In this document: positions 26,379-37,712 of the stretch, piece after piece | How the letters are laid out: each line of letters opens with the position of its first letter | Position numbering within the stretch: position 1 is the stretch's first letter | DNA from: Octopus sinensis | Taxonomy: Eukaryota | Reading direction: 5' to 3' | NCBI RefSeq assembly: GCF_006345805.1 | Contig: NW_021832952.1 | Coordinates: 1-37,712 of the forward strand | DNA length: 37,712 bases | Position numbers and translations under genes: made by a program | Notes under the pieces: model-generated | The model's database searches: none | What the model saw: the letters and a program-made list of their open reading frames with translations, nothing else | Told to the model about the DNA's origin: nothing

Positions 26379-27189
26379 GTAAGTACCCTTCGTGTTTCAT
26401 TTGGTCTTTACAATTAAATTAAGATGTTCCCCGATTCTGTGAAAAAACCCCGCTAAGATCCCACGGGCCGCTATATGAAGCGGTTATAAAATACTGGGAT
26501 GAATCTCATTCAAACTTAAGCCACTTCTTAGCTAAATAGTTGCAGCAACAGGTATCTTTTTATGCCCGGAAAATGGTTGTCACATAATAATCGATATTTT
26601 AATTCCGACTATACTATAAACCAGTCAAAAACTACTATAAACAACTGACAAGGATGTAAACATCCTGGCAACGCCAACTCCATCATATAACACTGTCTTC
26701 ACATAGTGACCCAACAAAAATGACTGTAGGATATACACAGCTGAAAAACATTTTACAAAAAACAGTTTGAAAATAATGTTTCCAGTTTCTCTAAGCTATC
26801 ATTAAATAACAGACCTTTTTTGACGGGAGTGGGAGAGAAAGCCAACCTTCTCTCACACTAAAAATTAATCGATGACAACTAAGGAGACTAAAAAATGTGA
26901 CATGTAGTTGGTTGACTGCCACTATTCCAAAAGAACATTTGGGAGACTTTTGCAAAGCATGCAGCAATGAAATAACGCATCATAAGCAACCTAGAGAGGT
27001 AACGGCTCTAGAAGAAAGCATAAAGAATAAAACAGCGTAAAGTGCCATTGTAAAGTATAAGGGAAATGAAAGGTTCATAACACACCAACAAAAGTGTACA
27101 GAGATTGTACTGTAAATGTTGATAAAGGAAATTGATGATTCTGAAACACGGTCATCGTTTTTCATGTCGAAAGAGGGTCGAGCACTCTT

Positions 27190-27840
27190 ATTTACGGTAA
27201 TACGTGAGCCGCATTTCTTTCCTAAGCGCTTCTAATCTTTTGACCAGCTCATCTTCTAATCTAATTTTATCTGTCACTGATTCTTTGCTAAACCCCATCA
27301 TTTCCGCTCAAGTAACTGTCAACCGATTGTTGAAAATCGTCATCATTAATTCTCACTTAACTAATTGCCTTATCTGGTTACTGTAGGCTTTACTTACCGA
27401 GAATAACACAATCAGTTTCCAGTAGTCAGATCTCAGTTAAAATTCTTGGTTGACCATGCAGGTCATCAACATTAGACTGCGTAGTCAACATTTCAAAACT
27501 ACACTTACCCTACGCTCTCCCTATCCTACCTTAACTCCGGGTAAATACCACTTGGGTGACCTACGTCGTTTTGTCCAACTTCACATTAATACAGTCCAGA
27601 AACCTAGCTGCTTTCTATTAGACAGTTGTAACAGCCTGATCAGATTTGTCAGGCTTCCAAATCTTTGTTTAACATAATCTACGTCATCTACGTGTTAGTT
27701 TGACTAAACGACCACTTATTTGTACTGTTTCGAATCACACGCTCCCTCCATCAAATGCGTATTTTAATTTCTGCACATACATTTTTCTATTCTGTACGTT
27801 TTGCCTTCTGAGTCACTATTTCGAATATTGAAGGTGTTAA
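27190..27840 (-). mobile_element. Decayed L1/Tx1-like ORF2 fragment (end of endonuclease and following helical region)
   Basis: Minus strand YWKLIVLFSVSKAYSNQIRQLVK*ELMMTIFNNR...FSKESVTDKIRLEDELVKRLE resembles the GYWKLN motif that follows the L1-clade endonuclease; multiple stops. Confidence 0.5.
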
Positions 27841-28884
27841 TCTCATCCCCACTCAAACAGGGTTGCATCCGTATCATAACTAAAGAACGGCATCTCTATA
27901 AACACGTCGGTCATCACAAAAATTGCGGTAATGTGCACAATAATGAAGAAAGACGGTGTGGTAACAAAAGTTCACACTTCAGTCAGAACAAGTTGTTGGG
28001 GTGGGAACTTGGAGCTGTAGGAGAGGCACGTCCACGACGGTCAGCAAATGTTGTTGAGTTGAAATTCTGTTTAAGCTGCTTGGGGTCTGGTTTGAGCCAA
28101 GCCTCTAGCTAGTTGTGTACTGCAATAAGACTATAAGAGTACATAGGTCAGTCTCACGAATAAATAGGCTGAGAAGCTCTCTTTGAAAAGTCAGGCTGAA
28201 TTGGCAGATTGCTACATCGCCTCTAACATAATTTCAACTCCTGGTAGCTGTGTCTTGCTCAAGTTCTTATATGCTCTTTCGTTTTTTTTTTGTATGTAAA
28301 ATGGAAGTTCTCCACTGGTCAGACGGTCTATTTGTTGTCTACACACTTGGATCAGGAGGCTTGGTACACTGTCACTAAAGATACACAGATATGAGCTCAG
28401 GATCCGAGTATCTACAGAAATGATGAACCAGAGTCGTAGCCAATAGTCAGGCATGTTCTTCCAGAACTCATCTCTCTAAATGATTTACAAGTTAAGCGAA
28501 GACGCCTGTCGGACTCCTGCCGTCCTGTTGTCAGGTGTTTACACTGATTTATTGATTGGGCAATGCGACCGATTAAAAGTCAACCTCTGAATAGTATAAT
28601 AAGTCTGAGGTTGACATAAGTGACATGCTCATGGGGATTTTAAAAGTCGACAAGGAGGAACTGAGCTCTCTTCCGGAAAGTTTTCAGTCCGGAAACTATG
28701 AGTAACTTCCCAAGGGGAATAAGCTTCTACTGGGAGACATTTCCTCCTTTCTCCTCTTATGTTTCTTCCGTTGTTTTAGGTTCTACTTTTCTTTCTTTTT
28801 CTTTTTCTGTTTCTTTTTTTTTTTTTTTGCAGTCGATTTTGTAAAACTCTAACCGTTGCAGAAAAAAGTAAAGAAATCATTTTC

Positions 28885-29760
28885 ATTATTTTTATTATAA
28901 CTGTTGTATGCTTAGCAGGAATGGGTGTCTTGGTGTTTGGGGACAAATCTCTTCAAATCTTAAATTACAGGATTGCACTCTCCTGAAGGTCGACGAGGCT
29001 CAATTACAATATCCATAAACATCTTAGGTACTTGTTTGGCTGTTGTGTCAAGAACACCAATTACCACAAAAATAATTGTTTCCTTAGTCTTCCACAATCT
29101 CTTCAGTCCCCTGGCTACATTTTCTCAACTTTTTCTATTCCAATAGTATCTACTCTGTCATCATATGGCATTGCAAATTCTATGAGTTCACACTGTTTGT
29201 TTCTTTTGGGCTCTGGTCTTCTTCCTTCAATAATATAGTCATTCTTTATGGGAAAAGTCCCATAAAATCCTATTATTATTCTCTATTGCAGCCTGTGGTT
29301 CATGTTCATAGTACTTTCCTGTTATTTCAAAGCCACACACTCGGTTAACATTCCAATGCACACTTTTACTTACACATTCATGCCTGCACTTATATTCTTT
29401 TTGCGCTAGCTTACTGCATTCACTCAAGAGATGATTAATACTTTCGTCTCCTTTCCTGCAGATGCTGCATTTATTCTCTGAGTTTTTTCAATCTTTGCCT
29501 TTATCAGATTCCTCCTCATAAGTGGCTATAATTAGCACTTGGATTTCTCGTTTCAGGTTTCCCTCCGCCAGCCATAACCAACGTTCTTTACTTCTGAAGT
29601 CCTTGGGCTATTACATAAATTGGCCACCTAATCGGATTTCTTTTCATTGGCTTCTTCTATTGTTATTCCTTTTGTTCTCAAATTCTCTTATTGTTTCAGT
29701 AACTTTTTGAACATTTCTAGCCGCCGATAATATTCCTCCTTCACTATTATCAGTTTCATT
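28885..29760 (-). mobile_element. R4/Dong-like non-LTR fragment A (CCHC knuckle, RLE region, 3' end)
   Basis: ERWLWLAEGNLKRE..., CSICRKGDESINHLLSECSKLAQKEYKCRH...VHW...KYYEHEPQAAIEN...ILWDF, a GRRP remnant and an AAT-like tail. Confidence 0.85.
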
Positions 29761-29861
29761 CGTTGTTGCTGTTGTAGTTGTTGTTGTTGTCGTCGTCGTC
29801 GTTGTTGTCATCATCAACATTATCGTCATTATTATTAAGGTGAAAGCGTTATTAAGGTAAA

Positions 29862-30118
29862 GGCTCAGTGGTTATAGCGTCAGACTCACAATCATGAGGT
29901 AGTGAGTTCGGTTCCCAGACCGGGCTGCATATAGTGCTCCAGTTCACACAACTGTCCAAATAAGTTGCGATGTCACCGGTGCCAAGCTGTATCGGCGTTT
30001 GACTTTCAGTGGCGTGGAGCGGGAGGTTGGCATACATGGGCGACTCTGGTCTTCCATGAACAACCTTGCCCGGAGTTGTGCCTTGCAATGTAACTGTTTA
30101 GCTGCAATCCCATGGTCT
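29862..30118 (+). mobile_element. tRNA-headed SINE family D, with a second 3' fragment at 30337-30470
   Basis: Head ggctcagtggttatagcgtc...gagttcggttccc; the 3' part (ggtcttcca..aacaa.cttgcc...ttgtgcct...gcaatcccatggtc) is shared with 30337-30470. Confidence 0.75.
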
Positions 30119-30477
30119 TTCTTTATAGATCAGAGAAAAAAGGACATCAAAACCTTTTATCCGTTTGGTGTCCTTTTCCATCTAATATATAACCTATAGC
30201 CTAATACAGATCCCTAACTCCAGCCTCAGCTGTGAACTTGGAACCTAACAGATGACCGATTATAGCACTTACACAGCGTACCTATTCGTTTAGATCACCA
30301 GTGAACTAAACCCCTCATATCCTTTTATATATATATGTGGGGTGGAGAGGGGAGGTTGGTGTGCATAGCTGACTGTTGGTCTTCCACAAACAATCTTGCC
30401 GCGACTTGTGCCTCGGAGGGGAACTTTCTAGGCGCAATCCCATGGTCGTTTATGACAAAAGGGGGTCTTTGACAGTA

Positions 30478-30957
30478 AAGTTCTAAAGGAGTGAGATGTG
30501 ATCATTTTCCAAGCACTGAAGGTGGTTTGTGATCCCACCATTTTTTATCATGCGGTAGGTCCAAGATTTTACAAATTACCCAGTGAATATACTGTGCTGC
30601 TCTTTCATGCCTGTTTAGATACTCTGTAGGCGCAAGAAGGCTGCACATGGAGACAACATGATCAATGGTTTCATTTTTTGTTTACATACACATGTTGCGC
30701 TAATGCTGTTATGTAAAATGTTGGCCTGGTAGTTCCTTGTAGGTAGGCATTGATCCTGGGCTGCAATGATAAACCCTTCTGTCTCTGATTTTAAACCAGA
30801 ATACATTAACCATTGATGGGTAAGGGCTTTGACAACAGAAGCAATATTAGCTCTCTTTGGATATTTGCCATTGAGAGGTTTTTCTTGCCATTTATCATTA
30901 AGAATATCTAAAGCAGCAGTTTAGCAAGGGTTTTCATACGCTTAGCTTTTTCATCAC

Positions 30958-30958
<1 letters not shown>
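30478..30958 (-). mobile_element. R4/Dong-like non-LTR fragment B
   Basis: NDKWQEKPLNGKYP...QWLMYSGLKSETEGFIIAAQDQCLPTRNYQ...ETIDHVVSMCSLLAPTEYLNRH...YIHWVIC...KWWDHKP across frameshifts. Confidence 0.88.
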
Positions 30959-31189
<231 letters not shown>

Positions 31190-31675
31190 ATCATTACTTT
31201 TTTTACTACTTTTAATTTGCATATTTATTACAATCACTTGCCGAGACACACCAAGCGTCCTGGGGCGAGTGAAGGATTAGAAATGTGACTGAAAGCTTGG
31301 GAAGGGGAAGTAGCATGGGTAGTAGCGAAATTTCTTCATGTAATACAACACAGACATTTAAATTGGTAGGATTTGTCTAAGGATGTGAGCAGTACTTGTC
31401 AACACAATCTTTTAAATTTCTCTGAGACATGGTGTTACTGAGTTCGCTTGAGAGTAAGATCAGTGCAAAAGAGTAATGGGAAATGGGAGTCACCTTGAAA
31501 GATGTCCCGTTTGATGTTGATGTTGTTAGATTGGCTCATCCCATTACTATGGTTTAGGATACTTGGCCATGCTACCTTGTAAGAATTTGGAGACAATAGA
31601 AGAGATCTTATATATCTCAAGGGCCTTGAGTAGCCAATTATGTGGGACACTATCAAATGCTTCCATGTAGTCTAT
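31190..31675 (-). mobile_element. R4/Dong-like fragment C (RT piece fused to the element's 3' end)
   Basis: IDYMEAFDSVPHNWLLKALEIYKI and INIKRDIFQGDSHFPLLFC (RT motifs), then TAHILRQIL and a 3' UTR with an A/AAT-rich tail. Confidence 0.85.
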
Positions 31676-31683
31676 ATTATTTA

Positions 31684-31723
<40 letters not shown>

Positions 31724-31842
31724 GAGTGAGAGCAATACATGCCATCAAAGTAACACAGAAGTCCAATATACCCATCATGACTACCCGTCTGATAATGGTA
31801 CACCAGGCACATGCATCACAACCATACGTGCGCAACATGGTG
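31724..31842 (-). mobile_element. Partial copy of element X
   Basis: gagtgagag...catgccatcaaagt...cccatcatgactacccgtctgataa.ggtacaccaggcacatgcatcaca matches 10300-10435. Confidence 0.85.
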
Positions 31843-32367
31843 TTAGGTCGAATGGCCCATCCCACTCAAAAGTTCTCTTAATAAAGGTTATTTTTGCATT
31901 CTGTCATTGCATTGTTCTCTCATTTTTTCTTTTCACACTTGTGTAGAGTGTCGAAAAATTGTTTTGACGTATTTGTTCACTGCTCCTCAAACTTTGAGTT
32001 CAAATACGATTGAAGCTATCGTTACCTTTCATCCCTTCGTGGGGATGGCAGTGGCAGTTGAATAACGTTACAGTCAGCTACTGGGAATGATGGTATCACG
32101 GGAAGAAGAAACTCTTTTGCATGCACTGGTTTAGTGTCCGAGCTTCTGGAGATATGTGGAAGGCTGTTGTCATCTGTAGAAAGGATCTGGCTATTAGTTG
32201 AGTCCATGGTGAAGATCATCCCACAATCTTCCTTTGTCTAATGGCCTAGGCAAAAGAGGCTGCAGTTAACCCATATAGAAATTGTATGAAGACAAATCTT
32301 CCTCCAATACAAAATTAACATACTGCATTTGTGGTTATATTATGTTGGTGACAATTCCATACACCCT

Positions 32368-32399
32368 TCGTCCGCGCAACGCCGGGTATTCCCACAAGT
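32368..32399 (+). mobile_element. Possible degenerate Helitron 3' end
   Basis: ccgcgcaacgccggg-tattccc-acaagt resembles a GC hairpin followed by CTAG|T, but CTAG is not intact. Confidence 0.3.
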
Positions 32400-32856
32400 T
32401 ATTTCATTTTACAATAATCACAACGACTAGTATAGTAACGACGATACAAGTTTCCATTGTTGTTTACGTCTGTAGAACCAGAACGACAAACGTAAATTTC
32501 GGAATAAAAAGCAACAAAACACCAGAACAAAATGAAAGAGTAAAGAGGACACCAGCAGTTATGAACGAGTTGGCTGTAACGAGCTGATTTCCGGTGAACA
32601 GCAGCACCACCTGTCGTCAGAAAACTAAAAGAAAAAAAGATTCTTACAAACCATGGGTATGTAATGACTGTTTTCTTTATTGGCTTTCTACTTGTGCATC
32701 CCGTAATAGAGAAATAAGTGAAAGAAATTGAAAAATAAACGTAGAGAATAAATAGATTTAAGATGATATTAGACAGGGACGAATAAATATGTGAAATGGG
32801 CGAGAAAATATATATTTTAGTGTTAATGTTTACAGTGTGATACAGAATTGACTATA

Positions 32857-32925
<69 letters not shown>

Positions 32926-33180
32926 ATGTGTATATATATATATATACATGTATGTATGCTCACACATGCATTATATATATACATATATATTTATATACAT
33001 ACATATAAATTTATAAATATATACGTATATATATATATATATAGCATAAAAATATTCACACATACATAGATACATAACATATATACTAGGTTGTCAACGG
33101 AATTTTTTTAAACATATGTACGTATACTCACACATACATGTATATGTATATGCATATGATTCATAAATATATATATATAT

Positions 33181-33236
<56 letters not shown>

Positions 33237-33661
33237 AATTCAACAACAATTGAGGAACGGCATTGAATTTTTTGCTACCCTAAATTGATTATATATATAT
33301 ATATTATATATAATCATACACACATGCATATATAACATACATACTAGGTTGTCAAAGGAATATTCTATTTTTTCATTTACTTTAACCCTTATTTTCAACA
33401 AATCAGTCGATAATAGATTATCCTTTCATTGTTCAAAATTTGTTGCTACCGTCCCACAGGTTTCTCCACGCCTTGACTGTTGATGAAAAATAAGGTTTAA
33501 AAGAAATGAAAAGAAGTGAGCGAATTAATCTAACAGCTCAATACTTTCAATGAAGTATATATTATCAGTGTATTTAACGAATATTCTCAAGTTCTACAAT
33601 TCTATAATTTAAGTCCTTAGCTGTAGAGTTTTATTATACATATATTTCTGCGTCTAAATAA

Positions 33662-34823
33662 CACTGGGGAACATTTTCGAAAGACATTTTTAGTTGTCTT
33701 TCTTTTTATAATTAGTCCTACTTAATCTTTTGGTGCTGGGTTCAGAAATACCCCTCAGAAATTAAGTTTTTTTCTTAAACAGGAATTCATTTTAAAAAAT
33801 ACAGAGCTAAGTAACTAATCAAGAAGTACTTTTTATTGCTTAACAAATTGATCTTACGATAGATATTTCTGCCAAACTGGAGTTACTTATGGAGTGACCT
33901 TTCACTTTGCTGCTTAGCATGAATAGCTTGTATCGCGAGAGTCTCTTTGCAGAGACCAGCAGTTGTAAGCCATTATGTTTGTGTTCTACCTGCCTTGTTA
34001 CCATGGTCTTCATGTCTAGTTAGACTCTTTCTCCTTGGTTATCACTCATTACATCAAGATTTTCAGGGAAGTCGCCCAGATAACTGTGCAGGAAATGCAC
34101 TTTTACACCCATGTTGCAGTCCAGTACTCGAAAACTGTTCAAAAGGGTCTGCACAAGTTCATAATTTGACGACTTCCTGTTTTCTAGGAAATCACATACA
34201 ACTGCAGCATTTCACCTTTCTTTTCAACGGCAGACGTGGTCCCCCAAAACTGCTCGCCCTGCAATAGTCGCCTAATATGTGGCCCGTCAAACACATCAAC
34301 CTTAATTTTCGCACGAGACAAAGCTGAAACCTTTCTGCTTAAGTATTTGAAACAGTCGCTGTCTCAGTGCTTCAACGCATGCTTTACACACTGTATGTGG
34401 TGCCCAGACTTTGTCTTGGTCACTCAGTTTCATGCCAAAGAATGTAAGGTAAGAATTCATCACAAAATCTGATTCAGGATGATTTTTGCATTTTCTCTTC
34501 TCATAACTTGTATTTCTAAAATACAAAACATATTCGAGCCAGCTGTCACCTGTGACAAGCATTATCGGAGTTGTCAACAATTGTAACGTAAGAAAATGCA
34601 GATCTGTGATGGCAAAGCTCCGTAAAGAGCATACATATCAAGAAGCTCTCTCCACAGTTCATTGACCGTGTTAGACGAAAAAGTAACAATGACCTACATT
34701 ACCTCAAAATTACAACATTAAGGACGCATTTAAAATATCACATTAAATCAGAAATAGTTAAAAGTTCAACAAAACATATCCCACCTGGACTGCAATGAAA
34801 GTCACACTAAATCAAGCACAGTG
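33662..34823 (-). mobile_element. Internally deleted Chapaev3-like (CMC) DNA transposon
   Basis: N-terminal piece YLTFFGMKLSDQDKVWAPHTVCKAC is fused directly to the C-terminal VFDGPHIR...CNMGVKVHFLHSYLGDFPENL...QGER...CWSLQRD. Left end TAA|CACTGGGG is clear; the right end (CAGTG|TGA at 34823) is uncertain. Confidence 0.72.
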
Positions 34824-35063
34824 TGATTATATTTGTAGACAAATACAGCAAATTCCACCAAATATGAGGCATGTATGATATTAAGGACCACATCTAATTG
34901 TATAAAGGACATTTCTGTCATCATTATGGCAGTTAAAAGTAGTTAGATTAAAAACAGTGAAAGTTTCTCAAGACTGGTGTTTTTTTTATTTATTTACTGA
35001 AGATATTAAAATCATTACTTTTGTTTTCACTTTTGTAATTGCAAAGATATGTCAGGTTCTATA

Positions 35064-35645
35064 CACGGGTCTGCATTTGGTGAAGCCAAATCTTTCCGTA
35101 GAAATGGTTACAATACTGGAAATGATGCAAAATGGACACTGAATAGCCTTGACGTGATAGAGCAAAATTTTTTAAATCAGCAGTCAAAATTACTCGGAAA
35201 CATGTCTCTAATGCTAAACATAGGCTCTTCCAGCAGCCACCCTCTTCACCCAGGACAGCACTACCTTCTCCACGTACATGATGTAGGCCTCTGTGTGGAG
35301 TCTCAGGCCGAATGGGAAGATGAATGGCGGCATAACGTCGTCATTATTAGTGATCAATCCAAAAACTATGATGTTGATTGGATGTTTGAATTTTATCATT
35401 CTAGGTACATATCCCCAGATTGCACTGTCCTCAGATTGACACCCAAACCCTGAAATGTTTGTATTTGAGCCTCAGTGCGAATGCCAAACAGTACAGCATG
35501 TCGTTTCCGAGATCATACTGTTTTTCTCACAGTCGGTGCCCAACTGACCCTACTATATTGTGTAGACAAGTCAAAAAACAACAATGCGCATGCGCGAAAT
35601 ACAAAATATGAAATGAATATGGAATTTAGTGAAGCCAAATTTTAT
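35064..35645 (-). mobile_element. Internally deleted maT-like Tc1/mariner remnant
   Basis: KRHAVLFGIR start (compare MKRHAVIVAI at 17601) and ORF 35214-35399 IKFKHP.NIIVFGLITNNDDVMPPFIFPFGLRL...VVLSWVKRVAAGRAYV. Confidence 0.75.
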
Positions 35646-35659
35646 ATAGATATATCTCC

Positions 35660-35870
35660 TTTAGACGTTTCAGTCATTTGACTGCTACTATGCTGGACCA
35701 CCACCTTTAGTCGAACAAATCGACCCCAGAACGCATTCGTTGTAAGTCTAGTGCCTACTCTATCGGTATCTTTTGCAAAACCGCTAGATTTCGAGGACGT
35801 AAACACACCAACATCGATTGTCAAGCGGTGTGAGTACAAGCACAAACACAGACACACCATAAATACATAT
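35660..35870 (-). mobile_element. SINE family B, 3' half
   Basis: gtttcagtcatttgactg...tagtcgaacaaatcgaccccag...gtaaacacaccaacatcg.ttgtcaagcg. Confidence 0.85.
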
Positions 35871-35901
35871 ACACACACACACATATATATACATATAATA
35901 A

Positions 35902-35993
<92 letters not shown>

Positions 35994-36105
35994 ATACATA
36001 TATACATATATATATAAAAGTACCATTTATTTACTTTTATGTATAATTTTACCCTCACGGGCTATCCTTTACTGGAAAGCAATACTCTCGTATTGCATTA
36101 CTATT

Positions 36106-36142
<37 letters not shown>

Positions 36143-36151
<9 letters not shown>

Positions 36152-36398
36152 TATTAGAGACAAAACCACTATTTTGCAAAACAAACAAGGAAAGACTTAA
36201 TCAATACATAAAATTTTAATAATAGTCAAAAAAACGCCACTACAATTGTTTCTTGTCTTGATCGACAATCTTCAGTGGACTTCCAATAATTCAGTTCAAA
36301 TTATGAAGTCTCTAATAATTTTATAATATTTTACTATAAAATTGGATTTAATCCTAAATCTGATTTTTTCCCTGTAAATTTGGATTTATTCCCTAATA
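36143..36398 (-). mobile_element. (TA)n-embedded short element carrying a hammerhead motif (retrozyme/PLE-terminus-like)
   Basis: Flanked by (TA)n; short inverted repeats at 36143-36161 and 36308-36324; partial direct repeat aaaaccacta/aaaacgccacta; motif at 36237-36278. Confidence 0.6.
36237..36278 (-). ncRNA. Minimal type I hammerhead-ribozyme-like motif
   Basis: Minus strand CCAC-TGAAGA-TTGTC-GATCAA-GACAA-GAAAC-AATT-GTA-GTGG: stem I CCAC/GTGG, 5-bp stem II, GAAA, 2-bp stem III with palindromic AATT loop, GUA triplet. It is one C short at the stem I/C3 junction. Confidence 0.6.
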
Positions 36399-36424
36399 TA
36401 TTATTATTTATATATTATATAATA

Positions 36425-36467
<43 letters not shown>

Positions 36468-36470
36468 ATA

Positions 36471-37007
36471 TTGTGTTACCAACTAAGTTCCGCCGTTTTT
36501 TTAAATTTTGGAATATATTTTTGAGTCATTTTGGAATCTTTTATTTTTCTAGTTAATTTTAGTTAATTTTTGTTTATTTTCAGATCATTAAAATGGAACG
36601 TCAAATTAAGAAAAACAAGCATTTTCGACACCTTCTTTTTGCTTTTAATCAAGGTTCTAAGGCTGCAAAAGCTGCTCGCGACATTTGCGCTGTGTATGGA
36701 GAGGGTGCCATAGCTGAAAGAACTGCTCGTGATTGGTATTCCAAGTTCAAAAATGGAAATTTTCGCCGCAAAAACGCACCTCGTTCTGGCCGTTCAGTTG
36801 AGTTCGATGAAGAGCGATTAAACTAACATTTCCACGAAAATTCTCGTCAAACGACAAGGGAACTGACACAGAAAATGGTATGCTCCCACACTGCTATACA
36901 GAAGCATTTTCACTCGATGGGAAAGGGGTTCCGCATGCTTTAAGTGACAACAGCAAAAATCAACGAGCTACAATCTCTACTGGTTTGCTTGCTCGTCACC
37001 GCTCAAC
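36471..37007 (+). mobile_element. 5' half of a mariner, same family as 7529-8758
   Basis: TA-ttgtgttaccaactaagttccgccg TIR; ORF 36593-36826 MERQIKKNKHFRHLLFAFNQGSKAAKAARDICAVYGEGAIAERTARDWY; truncated after gctcgtcaccgctcaact. Confidence 0.92.
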
Positions 37008-37199
37008 TGTTAAAAACAGTTTACAAAAGAAAATATTCAACAAATGTATTAGGCGTTCAATACAAATCATGTTTATTGAACTCCTAATCCTTTTAGTTGA
37101 ATATTTTCATAAATACTTTCTTGTAAACTGTTTTTCACATTTTCTTATTATTATCAAAGAATGTATATATGTATTTTAATACTTTTGTGACAACCAGTA
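37008..37199. mobile_element. Foldback/MITE-like AT-rich element
   Basis: Inverted arms at 37012-37041 and 37096-37135; its end gtgacaaccagta resembles the reverse complement of tactaggttgtc at about 33084 and 33343. Confidence 0.5.
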
Positions 37200-37388
37200 C
37201 TTAACACAACAAAGCTTATACAAAGCTTTACATTTTACTTTTGACAATCTTTTTCTAAAAAAGTGAAACCGGTCAAGTCAATAAACATCTTTATTATTGC
37301 CTTGTCAAACCTTCTTTCATATATATTTCCATATTTCCACTCGTGCGGTACCTTACAACTTTACTTTGTTATATATATATATATATAC

Positions 37389-37601
37389 TTTTCTACTCTT
37401 GGTACATGGACCGAAATTTTGGGGGAGGGGACCAGTCGATTAGATCTACCCCTGTACGCAACTGGTACTTAATTTATCGACCTCGAAAAGATGAAAGGTG
37501 AAGTCGACCTCGGCGGAATTTGAACTCAGAACGTAAAGACAGGCAAAATACCTCTAAGCATTTCACTCGGCGTGCTAACGTTTCTGCCAGCTCTCCATCT
37601 T
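37389..37601 (-). mobile_element. SINE family A
   Basis: ctggcagaaacgttagcacg head, ctgagttcaaattccgccgaggtcgac, gtcgataaattaagtaccagttg. Confidence 0.85.
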
Positions 37602-37712
37602 ATTACATATATTTTGTCATTTTGTTTTCTGGTTAGTTAAAAATATTAGCAAACTGAAAAATATTGTGACTTATGACTCAACTTGTGTGTGTGTGTTTGT
37701 GGTGTGTTGTGG

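Noticed and set aside
26860-27190. Plus-strand partly open frame as a LINE ORF1 or host exon
   Set aside because: Interrupted by stops, with no recognisable motif or splice signals I can support.
30337-30470. HDV-like ribozyme in the SINE D tail
   Set aside because: I could not assemble the nested double-pseudoknot by eye; it would need a covariance-model search.

Overview
AT-rich, gene-poor metazoan DNA dominated by microsatellites ((TA)n, (CA)n, (GATA)n, (AAT)n, (ACC/AAC)n) and decayed mobile elements. The repeat families resemble those I recall from octopod cephalopods (Octopus); that assignment is an inference. Nearly all ORFs in the supplied track are translations of simple repeats. Recognisable elements: one full-length but inactivated mariner plus two partial copies, two maT-like Tc1/mariner remnants, an internally deleted Chapaev3-like transposon, three R4/Dong-type non-LTR fragments plus a 3' UTR piece, all at (AAT)n-type tracts, a Penelope-like GIY-YIG remnant, an L1/Tx1-like fragment, at least five tRNA-headed SINE families and several MITEs. 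No intact gene is supported, only three weak exon candidates. The most interesting signal is a set of short non-coding elements carrying minimal hammerhead-ribozyme-like motifs (36237-36278, 3595-3630, 18519-18559). One sits inside a tRNA-headed SINE that is part of a nested insertion with an inverted tail and a copied piece of flanking DNA, suggesting Penelope-mobilised, retrozyme-like SINEs.
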